A DNA stretch of 63,753 bases, filler included, from Octopus bimaculoides (taxonomy: Eukaryota): the NCBI RefSeq assembly GCF_001194135.2. It is 5 parts of 5 records of this genome, joined end to end, with 100 filler letters (N's around TTAATTAATTAA, not from the genome) between each part and the next. Parts side by side here need not be neighbours in the genome. Positions count along the whole stretch, not along the records: positions 61,275 to 63,753 come from NC_068986.1; 4 more parts are not named here. One strand, 5' to 3'. Under the pieces are notes generated by a model. That model was not told the origin of the DNA. It did not search any database and worked only from the letters and a program-made list of their open reading frames with translations. Shown here piece by piece: positions 62,990 to 63,753 of this stretch. The first letter of the stretch is position 1, and every line of letters begins with the position of its first letter. The translations under genes and the position numbers were made by a program.

Positions 62990-63317
62990 ATATATATATA
63001 TAAAGTGAAAATGACGAGATGGTTGTGGCTGGAATACCTTGGATCTTTTATGCTCATCCAATGATAACCCTAGGCATCATCAACAACAATAACAACATCA
63101 ATGACTGATTTAACGAGTAGGAAAAGGCACACAAACTTAATGAATGAAAAGCGTCATTGGGAATGAAAAGCCTTGTTTGGGAAATGAGGTACTTTTAGTT
63201 TCGTTGTTTCCCTTTTCTTTTCTTTTTTAATTCTTTAAAAATATATGTGACACCTGCTGGCGATGGACCAATAGCTGTTTTACTAGTGATAGGCGGTGTG
63301 AGCAGCTGAGATCCTTC

Positions 63318-63490
63318 ATGGCGTCTGATATGGCTTTTCAAACCAGACAATGTTTTGAAAAGGCACCCACATAGATTGCATATCCGATTTGGCCCATCAT
63401 GAGCTGCAGTCAAGTTCTGATCTTTGTGGATCTTTTGAGGCCTCCGTTAAATTTACAGACCTTATGCCATACAAGGCATTGAAAGGGTGC
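63318..63490 (-). mobile_element. One intact and one broken C2H2 finger, probable LINE C-terminal remnant
   Basis: CNLCGCLFKTLSGLKSHIRRH (63318-63380) fits C-x2-C-x3-F-x5-L-x2-H-x3-H; upstream FQCLVWHKVCKFNGGLKRS in another frame. Confidence 0.55.
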
Positions 63491-63547
63491 ACAGATATAT
63501 AGGCAGAATAGCAGGTGGTGGTTCGTTTTATATATACTCTTTCTTTT

Positions 63548-63717
63548 TCATGTTTCCGTCAATTGACTGTGGCCATGCTGGAGCACCGCCTTTAATCGAA
63601 GAAATAGACCCAGCACTTATTCTTTATAAGCCTAGTATTTATTCTATCTGTATCTTTTGCCGAACCGCTAGGTTTCGGGGACGTAAACACACCAACATCT
63701 GTTGTCAAGCGATGGTA

Positions 63718-63722
<5 letters not shown>
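63548..63722 (+). repeat. Repeat family B
   Basis: GGCCATGCTGGAGCACCGCCTTTA..TGTTGTCAAGCG, then (CA)n. Confidence 0.85.

Positions 63723-63753
<31 letters not shown>

Overview
AT-rich, microsatellite-saturated eukaryotic DNA with many N gaps. The SINE families and repeat load look like an octopod cephalopod; this is inferred from the sequence and is not a database result. No intact host gene, tRNA, CRISPR array or full rRNA could be supported. The window is a transposon graveyard. It holds several Penelope-like elements (PLEs, RT and/or GIY-YIG), R4/Dong-like, RTE and Tx1-like LINE fragments, Tc1/mariner remnants, about 30 SINE or short-repeat copies and a fold-back 5S rRNA fragment. The strongest unannotated signal is a set of seven type-I hammerhead ribozyme (HHR) folds: 887-938 +, 3193-3237 +, 11127-11177 -, 15783-15844 -, 37821-37918 -, 42495-42531 -, 61007-61061 +. 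They belong to about six sequence families. All have short, near-palindromic stem III, and all sit in PLE termini or short solo elements docked at (TA)n. Each copy carries at least one non-canonical base in the core or stems, so activity is unproven. Other oddities are an exact 5' inversion in one PLE, a ~200-bp direct repeat around a SINE, and several long inverted repeats.
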